Source of the DNA: an uncultured Caulobacterales bacterium
Lineage (GTDB): Bacteria > Pseudomonadota > Alphaproteobacteria > Caulobacterales > Caulobacteraceae
Direction: 5' to 3'
NCBI GenBank assembly: GCA_903840435.1
Contig: CAIMFV010000006.1
Span: forward strand, 22,415 to 86,414
DNA length: 64,000 bases
A program made the translations under genes and the position numbers. The notes under the pieces are model-generated. The model searched no databases. It had not been told where the DNA came from and saw only the letters and a list, made by a program, of their open reading frames with translations. This document shows, piece after piece, positions 29,586 to 40,395 of the stretch (position 1 is the stretch's first letter; each line of letters opens with the position of its first letter).

Positions 29586-29992
29586 TCCTCCTCGACACCA
29601 ACATCATCTCGGAGACCATGCGGCCGAACGGTGATCCGGCGGTGCTCGCTTGGCTCGACGCCCAAGCGGTTGAAACCCTATATCTTTCAACCATCACCGT
29701 GGCTGAGCTGCGATTTGGAGTTGCCGCGCTGCCGATTGGGGCTCGCAGACAAATCCTGCGCCGGGAGTTAGACGAGCGCCTCTTGCCGATCTTTGCGGGG
29801 CGCATCCTGTCGTTTTGCCTCGCCGCCGCCGACGCCTATGGGGATCTGCGCGCCAGCGCCCGCGCGGCAGGCAAGGCCATCCCGACAGCGGACGGCTATA
29901 TCGCCGCAATCGCAGTTGCGCACGGTCTGGCGGTTGCGACCCGCGATCGGAACCCCTTTGCCGCCGCTGGCCTCGCTGTGATTACGCCCTAG
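29582..29992 (+). CDS. vapC: Type II toxin VapC, PIN-domain ribonuclease (FitB-like)
   Basis: MILLDTNIISE (first acidic PIN residue), ...TRD near C-terminus; 136 aa. Confidence 0.9.
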   Translation: MILLDTNIISETMRPNGDPAVLAWLDAQAVETLYLSTITVAELRFGVAALPIGARRQILRRELDERLLPIFAGRILSFCLAAADAYGDLRASARAAGKAIPTADGYIAAIAVAHGLAVATRDRNPFAAAGLAVITP

Positions 29993-30992
29993 CAAACACC
30001 CCCCGTCCTCACCCGTCGTCTTCCCCAAACGCCGCGAGCGGGTGCCAGTCTGAGGGGGGGAGGCCGCAGGCTTCGGTGGCGTAGAGCTTTACCCCGTGGG
30101 CCGAGGCTTCGAGGAGGCGGCGCGGCGCATGCGTCATGGCGGCGGGGTGGAGGATGGCGCCGAGATCGTCTAGCCAGTGGGCGCCCATCGGGCGGCGCTC
30201 GATGGCGACGCCACGCCAAAAATCCTGGCCCTCCAGATCAGGGAAGGTTTTGGCCAAGATGTCGAGGGGGCGTGCAATTCATTCAAAGGGAAACCGGGTC
30301 AGGAGCAGATCAAAGATCACATCCTCACGCCAAGGGCGGGGGCGCGGAGATGCGAACTTTCCTGAGGCGTCCATGCGTCATCGTCCGCAGCTAGCAAGGT
30401 ACGAACACATAAAAGGCCCCCTGCGAGCAAGCTCACAGGAGGCAAGTTTCACTATCTCAGTCTCTGAAAAAAGTAATCGCGATTTACGCCTTCATAGAGG
30501 CCTGATTTGAGGCAGCATTTTTTGAAATAACCTCCGTGAGCCACAGGGGCAGAGGTCGTTTCGGCCGAGTTTTTCGATGAGCTCCTTATCCCCGTGCACG
30601 ACCCTGTCGCCACGTTTGACCCGGGTTTCGGAGGGGAAGCCTTTTCGGCGTTTAGAGGTGACCTCGAAAGCAAGGCGTTTCGGATAGGTCGCGTGGTGTC
30701 CGCATGGGAGCCTCCTGTCGTTCGGCCTTGGGCATGCATGCTCCAAGAGCGACGGGTTGCTAGCATTGGAATCCTGAGGCTTCAAATGATATTGCGGGCG
30801 CTCGGTGTTGGCATGCTTAGGCGCCGAGCTTACCAGGGCGTCTAAGGTCCGGCACCCCCGCGACCAGCCAGCCAATCGCGCGGATGTGATCGTTTGCAAG
30901 CTATGCGATCGATTGAATAGGACGGGCTCAGACATATCTGCTTCCACGGCCGCCTCTTAAGAGGGAGCGATTGTCGCCTACTCGGCGGCCCA

Positions 30993-33008
30993 ATGGGGTT
31001 TTCCATGTCATCGTTCGATGCGCTCGGACCGATCCTCGGTTCAGCGCTTGCCGTCGTGATCCTCGCGGCGCTCATTCGTGTGTCTGGGGCTATCCGCTAT
31101 ATTGGCAATACGCGCGTTGCCATTGTCGAAAGGCTATGGAGTCCGAAGGGCTCGCTAAAAGGCGGCCTGATCGCCTTGGGCGGCGAGGCGGGGTTTCAGC
31201 CAGACGTGCTGCGCGGCGGTGTGCATCTTTTCTTCCCGTTCCAATACCGGTTGCACATGGCGCCCTTGGTCACCATTCCCCAAGGCAGCATTGGCTATGT
31301 CTTTGCCCGCGACGGCGCACCCTTGGCCGCAGACCAAGCGCTCGCCGCCAATCCTGGCGCCACCGATTTTCAGGACGCGCGCAGCTTCTTGGCCGCCAAT
31401 GGCCAAAAGGGCCCGCAGCGCAAGATTTTGCGTGAAGGCACCTATGCGATCAACTTGGCCCAATTCATCGTCGTCACCCGCGACCAAGTGTTTTCCTTGG
31501 CCTTGGATCGCAATGAAGGGGCTTTGCTCGATCAAATGGTCGGGGTGATTGAAAGCCGTGGCGGCTTTGAGCCCTTGGTGATCAAGGATGCCGATGACCA
31601 GATCGGCGTGGTCATCGTCCATGATGGCCCAGGATTGCCAGCTGGCGAAATCATCGCCCCCACCGTCGGCACCGACCCGCAGGACAGCGCAACCTTTCAC
31701 AATAGCTTTCAGGAGCCGGAAAAGTTCCTCGCCGCCGGAGGTCGCAAGGGCCGCCAGTTGCAGGTGCTGGCCGAGGGCACCTATTATATCAACCGGCTGT
31801 TCGCTACCGTTGAGCGGATCCCCAAAACCGTCGTCGATGTCGGTCAGGTCGGCGTGGTGGTCTCCTATACCGGGGCCGCGGGCCTTGATACGTCGGGCGA
31901 TGACTATCGCCACGGCGAGCTTGTCGATCAGGGCGCACGCGGCGTGTGGAATGCACCGCTCTTGCCCGGCAAATACGCCTTCAATACCTATGCCGGGCAG
32001 GTCACCATGGTCCCGACCACCAACTTCATTCTGAAGTGGGAGGCCAATGCCATTGGTTCGCATCGGTTTGATGAAAACCTGGCCGAGGTCTCGTTGATCA
32101 CTCGCGATGCCTTTGAGCCAACCCTGCCGGTCTCGGTCGTCGTCCATATCGACTATCGCAAGGCGCCTTTGGTGATTCAGCGCTTTGGCGACATTAAGCG
32201 GCTGGTCGAACAGACCCTCGATCCGATGGTGTCGGCCTATTTCAAGAATATCGGCCAGACCCGGACCCTCATCGAGCTGTTGCAAGATCGCAGCGCCATT
32301 CAGCAACAGTCGTCTGAAGAAATGAAAACCAAATTCGCCCTCTATAATCTCGACCTGCAGGAGGTCTTGATTGGCACGCCCAGGCCGTCCGCCGAAGGCG
32401 ATGATCAGATTGAGCGGATCCTCACCCAACTGCGCCAACGCCAGATCGCGGACGAACAGGTCGGCACCTATGAACGGCAAAAGCTGGCGGCGCAGAAGGA
32501 GCGGGAACTTCGCGAAGCCGAAGCGCGCGCCAAGCAACAGGCCGCGATCACGGAATCGGAACTCTCCATCCAGGTCCAGTCCAATGCCGGTAAGGCCAAC
32601 CTCGCACGCTCGGAACAGGAAGCCGACCAGACCCGAACGCTGGCCCGGGCTGAGGCCGACCGCGCCAGGCTGTTGGGCGAGGGTGAAGCCAAACGCGTCA
32701 TCGCGCTCGCGGGCGCCGAGGCCGAACGCACCACCAAGGTCGGCCTTGCCCAGGCCGAAGCGATCCGGTCGCAGGTCGAGGCCTCAGGCGGCGCCCGTTA
32801 TCAGCTGACCCGACAGGTGGCCGAGCGCTTCGCCGAGGCCTTAGAGAAGTCCGGCGTCGATGTGGTGCCGAAGGTCTCGATCAGCGGGGCCAGCGGCGAG
32901 GGCGGCGGCGCGTCCGTCGTCCAAGGGCTGTTGACCCTCTTGTTGGCCGATCGCTTCGAACCCGATCAGGTCCGCCCAACAGAGCGCGCTGAAAGCCGTT
33001 CCGAATAA
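30993..33008 (+). CDS. Flotillin-family (SPFH/band-7) membrane protein with long coiled-coil C-terminus
   Basis: N-terminal TM anchor, SPFH-like core, C-terminal EAEARAKQQAA...RAEADRARLLGEGEAKR repeats typical of flotillin/YqiK. Confidence 0.8.
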   Translation: MGFSMSSFDALGPILGSALAVVILAALIRVSGAIRYIGNTRVAIVERLWSPKGSLKGGLIALGGEAGFQPDVLRGGVHLFFPFQYRLHMAPLVTIPQGSIGYVFARDGAPLAADQALAANPGATDFQDARSFLAANGQKGPQRKILREGTYAINLAQFIVVTRDQVFSLALDRNEGALLDQMVGVIESRGGFEPLVIKDADDQIGVVIVHDGPGLPAGEIIAPTVGTDPQDSATFHNSFQEPEKFLAAGGRKGRQLQVLAEGTYYINRLFATVERIPKTVVDVGQVGVVVSYTGAAGLDTSGDDYRHGELVDQGARGVWNAPLLPGKYAFNTYAGQVTMVPTTNFILKWEANAIGSHRFDENLAEVSLITRDAFEPTLPVSVVVHIDYRKAPLVIQRFGDIKRLVEQTLDPMVSAYFKNIGQTRTLIELLQDRSAIQQQSSEEMKTKFALYNLDLQEVLIGTPRPSAEGDDQIERILTQLRQRQIADEQVGTYERQKLAAQKERELREAEARAKQQAAITESELSIQVQSNAGKANLARSEQEADQTRTLARAEADRARLLGEGEAKRVIALAGAEAERTTKVGLAQAEAIRSQVEASGGARYQLTRQVAERFAEALEKSGVDVVPKVSISGASGEGGGASVVQGLLTLLLADRFEPDQVRPTERAESRSE

Positions 33009-33085
33009 AACCCAATGACGACCCCCTCTCGCCACAACGGCGGGAGGGGGCTTTGTGTGGTGGGCTGTGCGGCTGGATGTGGCCG

Positions 33086-36000
33086 TCAAGGATCGGTTTC
33101 CCGTGCGCGCGGCGCGAAGCGGCGGGCCGCTACGGCACCAGCGAGGAGAACGGCTCCGAGGGCGAGGAACGATCCTGCACGAATAATCCCCTCCAGTCGG
33201 GCCATGTCGAACAGGAATACTTTCGCCGTCGTGACGAGCAAAATCGCGAGGCCCAAACCCCGCAAGGCGCGGTCCCGCCGTCCAGCGCCGATGCTGAGCG
33301 CGAGCAAACCATAGATTGCCCATACCGCAGAGAAGGTCCAGGTCTCGAAACTGGCTTCGGCCAGTGGTGCGCGCATTGCCCCGCCGTGGAAGGCGTAGCG
33401 AACGACAAGCGTGATAAGGGCGAAGAGTTCCGCACCTGTGGCAATCAGCGACCCGAGCGCCAAGTGTACCCGTTGGGAGCGTCGGGCGTCGCGAACAGCT
33501 TCAAAACTCAGCAAACACCCCAGAACATAGAAGAGGCCTAGCAAGGCAGGTTGCTGCAGCCCGCCTGTCAGTGGCCCCCACCAAGGGCTGGCGCTGTATG
33601 CCAATATGACGAGTGTAACGGCTTGCGCGATCCAGGTGAGGAGGTGGGACGCCTCACCAAGGGGGGGCGCGATGTCGAAACGCCGCCGCAACTGCGCGAT
33701 GGCAAAGGCGAGCCCCGAAAAGGCGACCCCGTAGGCGGCAGTCTCGGCATAGCCAAAGTCGCCAAGGGGTAGAATGGGACCGTGGAATAGCCTGCGGATT
33801 TCGCTGATCATCCATATGACGACGAACAGAAAGGCGGTCGCCGCTGCGGCGGTCACCAAACCTCGAACCCGCGCTGCCAGTCGTCGGGTGATTTCGGCGA
33901 TCAGGGCTGCTGGCGCGAGGAGCCCCAGGGCGAGGGTGTCGAATACGGGCGGTCCCATCACCAACCTGACTTCGCCCCACCAGGGATGCCACGCGATGAC
34001 TTGAAGTCCAACGCCATGCAGGGCGCCTAAAGCCAAAAAAGCTGGTGCGCGGGCGCGACCAATTGCGGTCACGCCACCGCGAATCGACAGCATCAATGCC
34101 GCCGCAAGAATGAGCAACGTGCGCAAGGCCGCGATGCTGAAGGCATCTGTTGACCCACCCATGGCAAGACGCGTCGCGCTCCAACATTGCAGCACCAAAA
34201 ACGCACCGAGCAGGCCTGACATAACCGCAAGCGTGGATACGGCCTCGGCGCTCGTGGCCACCTCGCCGCGTCGCTTCAGCAATCTCCAGCTTACCACCTG
34301 GGTAAGGGTCGCCGCCGTTGCCGCCCCACCGATTACGATCCAGGTCTCCCGGCCGGAAAAAGCTGCGCCTGCGATCTCGGGAGAAAGGAGCGAGCCAAAG
34401 CTCGCCAAGGCAGCGACCGCGCCAGATTCGGCCATGCCGCGCCACTTAAGGCGCACGGCTCCCGCCGCGAGCACACAGGCCAAAATTCCGTAGGCGGTTG
34501 GCGCAATCCTGGCGTCCAATCCCGCGTGCATGGCCAGTCCGGTCGCCTCCGCTGCGGCCGCCACCCATGCTGCCGTGGCGAGGTCTTGTCTTGCCTCAGG
34601 AGCTTTGAGCGCAAAGAGCGTGGCGCCGCCAGCGAGTAAACCCGCGAAGGCGCTGTCGATGATCCAATCCCAACCTGGCGCCAAAATGATCAGAGCCCGC
34701 GCGGCTAAGGTGAGAGAGAGCGCCACGCCGCTAGCACCAATGACGCCAGACAGCTTTTGGCGTTCCCCCGTTAGGCCGCCGATCAAGCCACCAAGTCCCA
34801 CTGCCACTATGCTAAGGCAAAGGCAGATGAGCGTATGGTCGTCGCGGAACCCAAGGTTCGACATCAAGGCCGCCAGCACGACGACTGCGGTCGGCGCTGC
34901 CAGGGCGGCGGCGATCAGCACCTTCCGGCGGACGCCGAGGCTAACCAACCCGACCAAGGTAATCGTCGTCAGGGCGCTGTTGATCGAATTTGCCGGCCAA
35001 AGCATCAGGCTGAAACAACTCGATACGATAATGGCGGTCAGTGGCAGGCGGGCGACTAGGACCGTGCCTCGGTCTGCGCCGTCGCGGTCTCCGACCCGGG
35101 TGCGCCATAAAGCGGTCAACAGGGAGAAGGCGGGCGCTGTGATGGTGAGCAGCGTCATACCATCAAAATCCTGACTAAACCCACGAAGGAACGCCCAAAG
35201 CAAAGCCAAGGAGAGCGATCCGACGCCGACACGGCTCCAATTGCGGACCGCCGCCACAGCAAGGCCCGTCGCCAAAATCAAAGTGATGAAAAGATCCAAG
35301 CCCAGGTTACGCGATAGGTCCGAACCACTGAAAATCGGCGTTGCATAGGCTGCGACAATCGCCAACACTCCAAGTTCTTCGCTGTGCAACAGGGCAAGCG
35401 CCAGCAGGCCGAATGAGACACCGGCCAGCATGAGCGCCGCCACCCCGCCGGGAATGAAGCCGTACAAGCCGTAAGCTGCCCAAATGGCAGCATACAAAAT
35501 GGCTGAGCCGGCACCCGTGGTTAGGGCTGCAACCAGGAGATTTGGGGAGGCCTTGGCCCACACGCCCCGACGCAGCGCCTCGCCCAAAGCCAGCGTGACC
35601 AGCCCAAGTCCGCCCGCTGAAAGGATCCGCAGTTCAGGCGTGAACACCCCGGCTTGCGCCGCGTAGGCGACCAACAAAAGTCCGCCAAGCGCCAGAGCGC
35701 CGCCGCCAATCCAGGCGAGGCCGTTCTCCGATAGCCAGTCGGAGAGTGAAGGAAGCGGTTTGTAGGTCCGCGGTTCAATTCTGGGCGTCGCGGCGGGCGC
35801 GACCGACGGGCGATCCATATTTTCGAACGCCGCCGCCGCTTCTGCCCAAGCGACGGGCGGCTGCCGCTCCTGGACACGGCTTGCTTCGGGCTGTGGCTCG
35901 GTGGCAGGCGTGGCCAAAGGACGGACGTCCGCACGCAAAGGTGTTTCGGACTGGGGAGCCTCCTCCATTTTCTGCGGTTCTGGGGAGCGCGACGCTTGAA

Positions 36001-36139
36001 AACGTTGGAGTTCCGAGACCTTGGATTCCAGGCGCCGCACCTGGGACGTCAGCTCAGCCAGCTGGCGCGTTTGAAATATGAGATAGGCGGCTAGCCCCAG
36101 AACAACCCACCAAACCACTGCAAAGCCCCCCAGGCTCAA
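33086..36139 (-). CDS. Very large polytopic membrane protein (DUF2339-like) with N-terminal coiled coil
   Basis: 1017 aa, N-terminal TM + coiled coil (QLAELTSQVRRLESKVSELQ) then more than 25 predicted TM helices. Confidence 0.6.
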   Translation of the reverse strand: MSLGGFAVVWWVVLGLAAYLIFQTRQLAELTSQVRRLESKVSELQRFQASRSPEPQKMEEAPQSETPLRADVRPLATPATEPQPEASRVQERQPPVAWAEAAAAFENMDRPSVAPAATPRIEPRTYKPLPSLSDWLSENGLAWIGGGALALGGLLLVAYAAQAGVFTPELRILSAGGLGLVTLALGEALRRGVWAKASPNLLVAALTTGAGSAILYAAIWAAYGLYGFIPGGVAALMLAGVSFGLLALALLHSEELGVLAIVAAYATPIFSGSDLSRNLGLDLFITLILATGLAVAAVRNWSRVGVGSLSLALLWAFLRGFSQDFDGMTLLTITAPAFSLLTALWRTRVGDRDGADRGTVLVARLPLTAIIVSSCFSLMLWPANSINSALTTITLVGLVSLGVRRKVLIAAALAAPTAVVVLAALMSNLGFRDDHTLICLCLSIVAVGLGGLIGGLTGERQKLSGVIGASGVALSLTLAARALIILAPGWDWIIDSAFAGLLAGGATLFALKAPEARQDLATAAWVAAAAEATGLAMHAGLDARIAPTAYGILACVLAAGAVRLKWRGMAESGAVAALASFGSLLSPEIAGAAFSGRETWIVIGGAATAATLTQVVSWRLLKRRGEVATSAEAVSTLAVMSGLLGAFLVLQCWSATRLAMGGSTDAFSIAALRTLLILAAALMLSIRGGVTAIGRARAPAFLALGALHGVGLQVIAWHPWWGEVRLVMGPPVFDTLALGLLAPAALIAEITRRLAARVRGLVTAAAATAFLFVVIWMISEIRRLFHGPILPLGDFGYAETAAYGVAFSGLAFAIAQLRRRFDIAPPLGEASHLLTWIAQAVTLVILAYSASPWWGPLTGGLQQPALLGLFYVLGCLLSFEAVRDARRSQRVHLALGSLIATGAELFALITLVVRYAFHGGAMRAPLAEASFETWTFSAVWAIYGLLALSIGAGRRDRALRGLGLAILLVTTAKVFLFDMARLEGIIRAGSFLALGAVLLAGAVAARRFAPRARETDP

Positions 36140-36285
36140 AGCCGCCCGCCGAGAGGAAAATCGCTAAACGGAAATTTTGCAAGCGAGAGCGGGGATTTAA
36201 GCCAGAACCGGTCAAAATGCGCCGGTCAAAATGCGCTGGGCCTTGACCGGCTACCCCAAGGCGCATTGCCAGCGAAAGCGCCCCC

Positions 36286-37179
36286 TCACACCCCCTCTAT
36301 CGCCTCACAAGCTTTCAAGGTGTTCTTCAACAGGAAGGCAATGGTCATGGGGCCGACGCCGCCGGGGACCGGAGTGATGGCGCTGGCGATCTCGAGGGCC
36401 TCGCCATAGGCAACGTCGCCGACCAAGCGGGTCTTGCCTTCAGCAGCCTTTTGCGGGTCTTTCGACGGGACGCGGTTAATGCCGACATCAATCACCACGG
36501 CGCCGGGCTTGATCCAATCGCCCTTGACCAATTCCGGACGCCCGACTGCGACGACAAGGATTTCCGCCTCGAGACAGACGCCCGCCAAGTCGCGGGTGCG
36601 GGAATGGGCAAGCGTCACCGTACAGTCGGCGGCGGTCAAAAGCGCAGCCATGGGTTTGCCCATCAGGTTGGAGCGACCGACCACCACGGCCCGCTTGCCG
36701 GTCAAATCGCCCAGCAGGTCTTTCAACAGCGTCAGACAGCCGACCGGCGTGCAGGGAAAAAGCCCCGCGAGCCCGGACGCCAGCCGCCCGGCATTAACAA
36801 GCGTCAGGCCGTCGACATCCTTTCGCGGATCAATCTCGGCAATGACCCGGTCGGCGTCGAGCGGCTTGGGTAAGGGCATCTGAACCAAAATGCCGTGAAT
36901 CGCCGGATCAGCGTTCAACTGGCGGACCAAGGCCAGAAGCTCCGCCTCTGGGGTTTCGGCGGGCAGGCGGTGGGTGACCGAGTGCATGCCGACCTCCAAG
37001 GCCTGCACGCCCTTATGGCGCACATAGACCGCGCTGGCCGGATCTTCACCCACCACGACAACTGCAAGGCCGGGTGTTAAGCCATGCTTGGCCTTAAGCT
37101 CCGCCACCGCGCGCGCGACCTCTGCGCGCACCTTGTCGGCATAGGCCTTGCCATCGATCACCTGCGCCGTCGCCATCAT
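36286..37179 (-). CDS. folD: Bifunctional methylenetetrahydrofolate dehydrogenase/cyclohydrolase
   Basis: [38 protein letters not shown] motifs. Confidence 0.9.
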   Translation of the reverse strand: MMATAQVIDGKAYADKVRAEVARAVAELKAKHGLTPGLAVVVVGEDPASAVYVRHKGVQALEVGMHSVTHRLPAETPEAELLALVRQLNADPAIHGILVQMPLPKPLDADRVIAEIDPRKDVDGLTLVNAGRLASGLAGLFPCTPVGCLTLLKDLLGDLTGKRAVVVGRSNLMGKPMAALLTAADCTVTLAHSRTRDLAGVCLEAEILVVAVGRPELVKGDWIKPGAVVIDVGINRVPSKDPQKAAEGKTRLVGDVAYGEALEIASAITPVPGGVGPMTIAFLLKNTLKACEAIEGV

Positions 37180-37285
37180 CGCCTCGTCTTGGGTCTGAAA
37201 ACTTGAGCGCTCGGTCTAACGGCGCCCGCAACATTGGAAAAGAGAGAAAGGCGACAAAGGGCGTCGGATTGGTTAGAACCGCCCC

Positions 37286-38551
37286 ATGAAATTGACCTCA
37301 GACGATAAGGCAGTGCTCTCCGCGCTCGCGGACCGGGCGGGGGCGATGATCGACCAGACCGTGGCCTGGTCCAACCTCAATTCAGGCAGTCGCCATCTGG
37401 CGGGGCTGGAGCGACAGGCAGACGTCCTGTTTCCGGTGCTGCAAAGCCTGCCCGGCGTGGCGGAGCGGGTGGGGCTGTTGGACAGCCAGGAGGTGACCGC
37501 GACGGGTGAGGTGCGGGCTATGGCCCACGCGGATGGCTTGCGTCTGACGGTGCGGCCCGACGCGCCGGTGCAGATTGCCCTGACCGGCCATTATGACACA
37601 GTCTATCCCGCCGATAGTCCGTTCCAGACGGTTGCGCGGCGCGCCGACGGGGCGCTGCACGGTCCAGGCGTTGCCGATATGAAGGGCGGGCTTAGCGTCA
37701 TGCTGGCCGCCTTGGCAGCCTTCGAGGCCCATCCGTTGGCACCGGGCCTGGGCTATCAGGTATTGATCTCGCCGGACGAGGAAATCGGCTCGGTTGCCTC
37801 GGCGCCGCTGTTGGCGGCCTTGGGGGAAAGGGCGCAATTGGGCCTAACCTACGAACCCGCCTTGGCGTCGGGCGCTTTGGCGGCGGGGCGCAAGGGGTCG
37901 GGCAACTTCCACATTGTCGTGCGCGGGCGCGCAGCCCATGCCGGGCGCGATTTTGCCGCAGGCCGCAATGCGGTGACGGCGGCGGCCAGGCTCGCCAATG
38001 CGCTGGATGGGATCAATGGCGCCTTTCCGGGCCTGACCCTCAATGTCGCCCGCATCGAAGGCGGCGCACCGCTCAACCAGGTGCCCGACCTCGCCATTGT
38101 GCGCTTCAATGTCCGCTTGCCAGATGCCCGGGCCCGCGCTTTTGTCGAGGGGGAGATTTCGCGCCTGTTGCGCGCGGCGGAAGCTGATGGGATCAGCTTA
38201 TCCCTGCACGGCGGCGTCACGCGCCCGCCCAAGCCCTTTAGCCCCGAACAGCAGGCGCTATTTTCCGGCGTGCGACAGGTTGGAGCCTTGATCGGCCAGG
38301 ACATTGTCTGGGCTGAATCCGGCGGCGTCTGCGAAGGCAATAATCTGTTCGCAGCGGGCGTGCCCAATGTTGATTCGCTCGGCGTGCGCGGCGGCGACAT
38401 CCATTCCGAGGCCGAACACGCTTTTCCCGAAAGCTTTGTCGAGCGCGCCCAGCTCTCGGCGCTGTTGCTGATCAAGATTGCCGAAGGTGGGATTGATGCG
38501 CCCGGCTTGAAAGCGGCGCGGCTGGCGGCCCTAAGGCAGGAAGCCGGTTAG
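37286..38551 (+). CDS. M20/M25/M40 family metallopeptidase/deacylase (carboxypeptidase G2 / acetylornithine deacetylase-like)
   Basis: GHYDTV, GPGVADMKGG, SPDEEIGS metal-binding motifs. Confidence 0.75.
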   Translation: MKLTSDDKAVLSALADRAGAMIDQTVAWSNLNSGSRHLAGLERQADVLFPVLQSLPGVAERVGLLDSQEVTATGEVRAMAHADGLRLTVRPDAPVQIALTGHYDTVYPADSPFQTVARRADGALHGPGVADMKGGLSVMLAALAAFEAHPLAPGLGYQVLISPDEEIGSVASAPLLAALGERAQLGLTYEPALASGALAAGRKGSGNFHIVVRGRAAHAGRDFAAGRNAVTAAARLANALDGINGAFPGLTLNVARIEGGAPLNQVPDLAIVRFNVRLPDARARAFVEGEISRLLRAAEADGISLSLHGGVTRPPKPFSPEQQALFSGVRQVGALIGQDIVWAESGGVCEGNNLFAAGVPNVDSLGVRGGDIHSEAEHAFPESFVERAQLSALLLIKIAEGGIDAPGLKAARLAALRQEAG

Positions 38552-39513
38552 CCCTGACCGGTCCAGCGCTGCCACCGCGCACTTCGCCGGACGGCTTCTG
38601 CCAAACCCAATCCTGACAGAGTGACGCTCAGTTGCAGCACAAGGTCGCCTGCGCTCATGCGGCCGCTGAGGTCGGTGATGCGGTCGGGAGAGGAAAACCA
38701 GGCGATCATCAGATTATTGGCCGCGTGGACGCCAATGCCAAACTCAAGCCCGCCGGTGCGCAGTGCAATCCAGCCCAGCGAAACGCCCGACGCCAAGAGG
38801 GCGATATTGCGCGCCGGGTCCGGCTCAAGGTGGACGAACATGAAGGCTGTGGCGTTCAGCCCAAGCACCAGGACAAGGTTTGTCGTCACCACACTGGTCT
38901 GCTGCATCATCCAGCCGCGAAACAACACCTCTTCAGCCGCTGCGACGATCAAAAAAGCGACTAGCGTGACACAGGCATAGATCAGGCGCGCCAAGGGGGC
39001 TTCATCGGTCCGCAGCAAGGGTGGGCTCATGGCAAAGCCGTGCATCAGGCCATCAATGCCCATGGCAAGGCCGGTGATGGCGCAAAATCCCACCAGTCCG
39101 GCGGCGAGCAGCCGCCAGCGAAAACGCGGCGCGCTGGTAAACCAGGTGCGCCACGACCGGCCCATGACCGCCGCGCCGAAAAGCGGCAGCACCAAAAGAA
39201 CGCCACATTCCGGCGCGATCTGAGCGAGGATCCGCCGGGATTCGCCAACCAGACCGAGCGCTGGCGCCACATCCTTGATGCGCACCGGGGCCAGGGGCGG
39301 GGAGACCAAACCCTTGACCACTTCAGGCGTGAGCGCCGCAATCTCCTCGCTCAGACTATCAAACAGGCCATAGGCGATCAGGCCCGTGAAACCGGCCAAG
39401 GGAATACAGACCGCGATCAGCACCAAGACCCGCCATAGCTCTGCATCTCGCTGGCCGACCACAGCGAGGAAGGGGGGCCTAGGGACCAGATTCAACCAAC
39501 GATCAAGCGCCAT
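38548..39513 (-). CDS. CPBP family intramembrane metalloprotease (CAAX protease / Abi-domain)
   Basis: EEVLFRG motif and downstream FxxxH-type motif within polytopic membrane protein. Confidence 0.65.
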   Translation of the reverse strand: MALDRWLNLVPRPPFLAVVGQRDAELWRVLVLIAVCIPLAGFTGLIAYGLFDSLSEEIAALTPEVVKGLVSPPLAPVRIKDVAPALGLVGESRRILAQIAPECGVLLVLPLFGAAVMGRSWRTWFTSAPRFRWRLLAAGLVGFCAITGLAMGIDGLMHGFAMSPPLLRTDEAPLARLIYACVTLVAFLIVAAAEEVLFRGWMMQQTSVVTTNLVLVLGLNATAFMFVHLEPDPARNIALLASGVSLGWIALRTGGLEFGIGVHAANNLMIAWFSSPDRITDLSGRMSAGDLVLQLSVTLSGLGLAEAVRRSARWQRWTGQG

Positions 39514-39686
39514 ACAGACGTGACCTGTCGCCGATCACGCCTGCTATGGTCAAGGCGTCATTAAAGCGGGAGATCTGCAATCTTGGCGTTTGGGTGAAAA
39601 TTGAAACAGATCTTATCGGATCGGTGCGAAATCTTGATCCTTTCGCGAAGCCCTTTACAGACAAGCCGCAAGAAGGGTGCCACGCA

Positions 39687-40250
39687 ATGCGAATAGGTTC
39701 AGGGAAATGGAAGGGTCGTAGCCTCGCCGCCCCTCCGGGCAGGTCGACACGACCGACCTCGGATCGCGCCCGCCAGGCGGTGTTCAACATTTTGGCTCAC
39801 TCGGACTTTGCCCTTGATCTCGACGGCCGACGGGTCATCGACCTCTTTGCCGGAACGGGCGCCTTAGGGTTTGAAGCCCTGTCGCGAGGCGCGGGCTTTT
39901 GCCTGTTTGTCGAAACCGACGAGGCCGCGCGCGGAGCCTTGCGCGAAACCATCGAGGCCTTCGGTCTTTTCGGCGCCACGCGATTGCACCGGCGCGACGC
40001 CACCGATTTAGGACAGCGTCCGGCCAGCGCCGGTCCAGCCTTTCACCTCGCCTTTGTCGATCCGCCCTACCATTTGGGCTTGGCCGAAAAGGCGCTAGCC
40101 GGATTGCGCGATGGCGGCTGGCTCGAAGCCGGCGCGCTGTGCGTGGTCGAGCGGGCGGCCGACGAAGGCGAGCTTGCGGTGGAGGGTTTTGAAGCGCTCG
40201 ACGAGCGGACCTATGGCGTCGCACAGGTCAGCTTCTTGCGTTTCGGTTAG
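39687..40250 (+). CDS. rsmD: 16S rRNA (guanine966-N2)-methyltransferase
   Basis: MRIGSGKWKGR..L, DLFAGTGALGFEALSRGA, FVDPPY motifs; ORF-track start at 39546 likely too long. Confidence 0.8.
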   Translation: MRIGSGKWKGRSLAAPPGRSTRPTSDRARQAVFNILAHSDFALDLDGRRVIDLFAGTGALGFEALSRGAGFCLFVETDEAARGALRETIEAFGLFGATRLHRRDATDLGQRPASAGPAFHLAFVDPPYHLGLAEKALAGLRDGGWLEAGALCVVERAADEGELAVEGFEALDERTYGVAQVSFLRFG

Positions 40251-40395
40251 GGTCGCAGCCTAGGACAAGGCAGGCTTCCGGCATCAGAATAAGTTCGTCA
40301 GACGTGCCTGACAGGCGAAGACGCGCCGCGCGCAAACGACGAATTGACGTCCGTCGGCAGTCCGATCAGGCGGAAGGTTTTCACGGCATCCCGCC

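Noticed and set aside
30009-30257. Possible transposase or integrase fragment next to the AT-rich island
   Set aside because: The 82-aa ORF has no catalytic DDE or tyrosine-recombinase motifs I can recognise. It is noted only as a probable gene remnant under the findings.
31155-32537. 460-aa minus-strand ORF antisense to the flotillin gene
   Set aside because: This is a typical long stop-free antisense frame in high-GC DNA. The sense strand encodes a clear SPFH/flotillin protein, and the antisense product has no motifs and a skewed Arg/Gly/Ala composition.
39546-39686. Upstream 47 codons of the rsmD ORF
   Set aside because: The conserved RsmD N-terminus begins at MRIGSGKWKGR. The upstream part lacks homology and overlaps the convergent CPBP gene terminator region.
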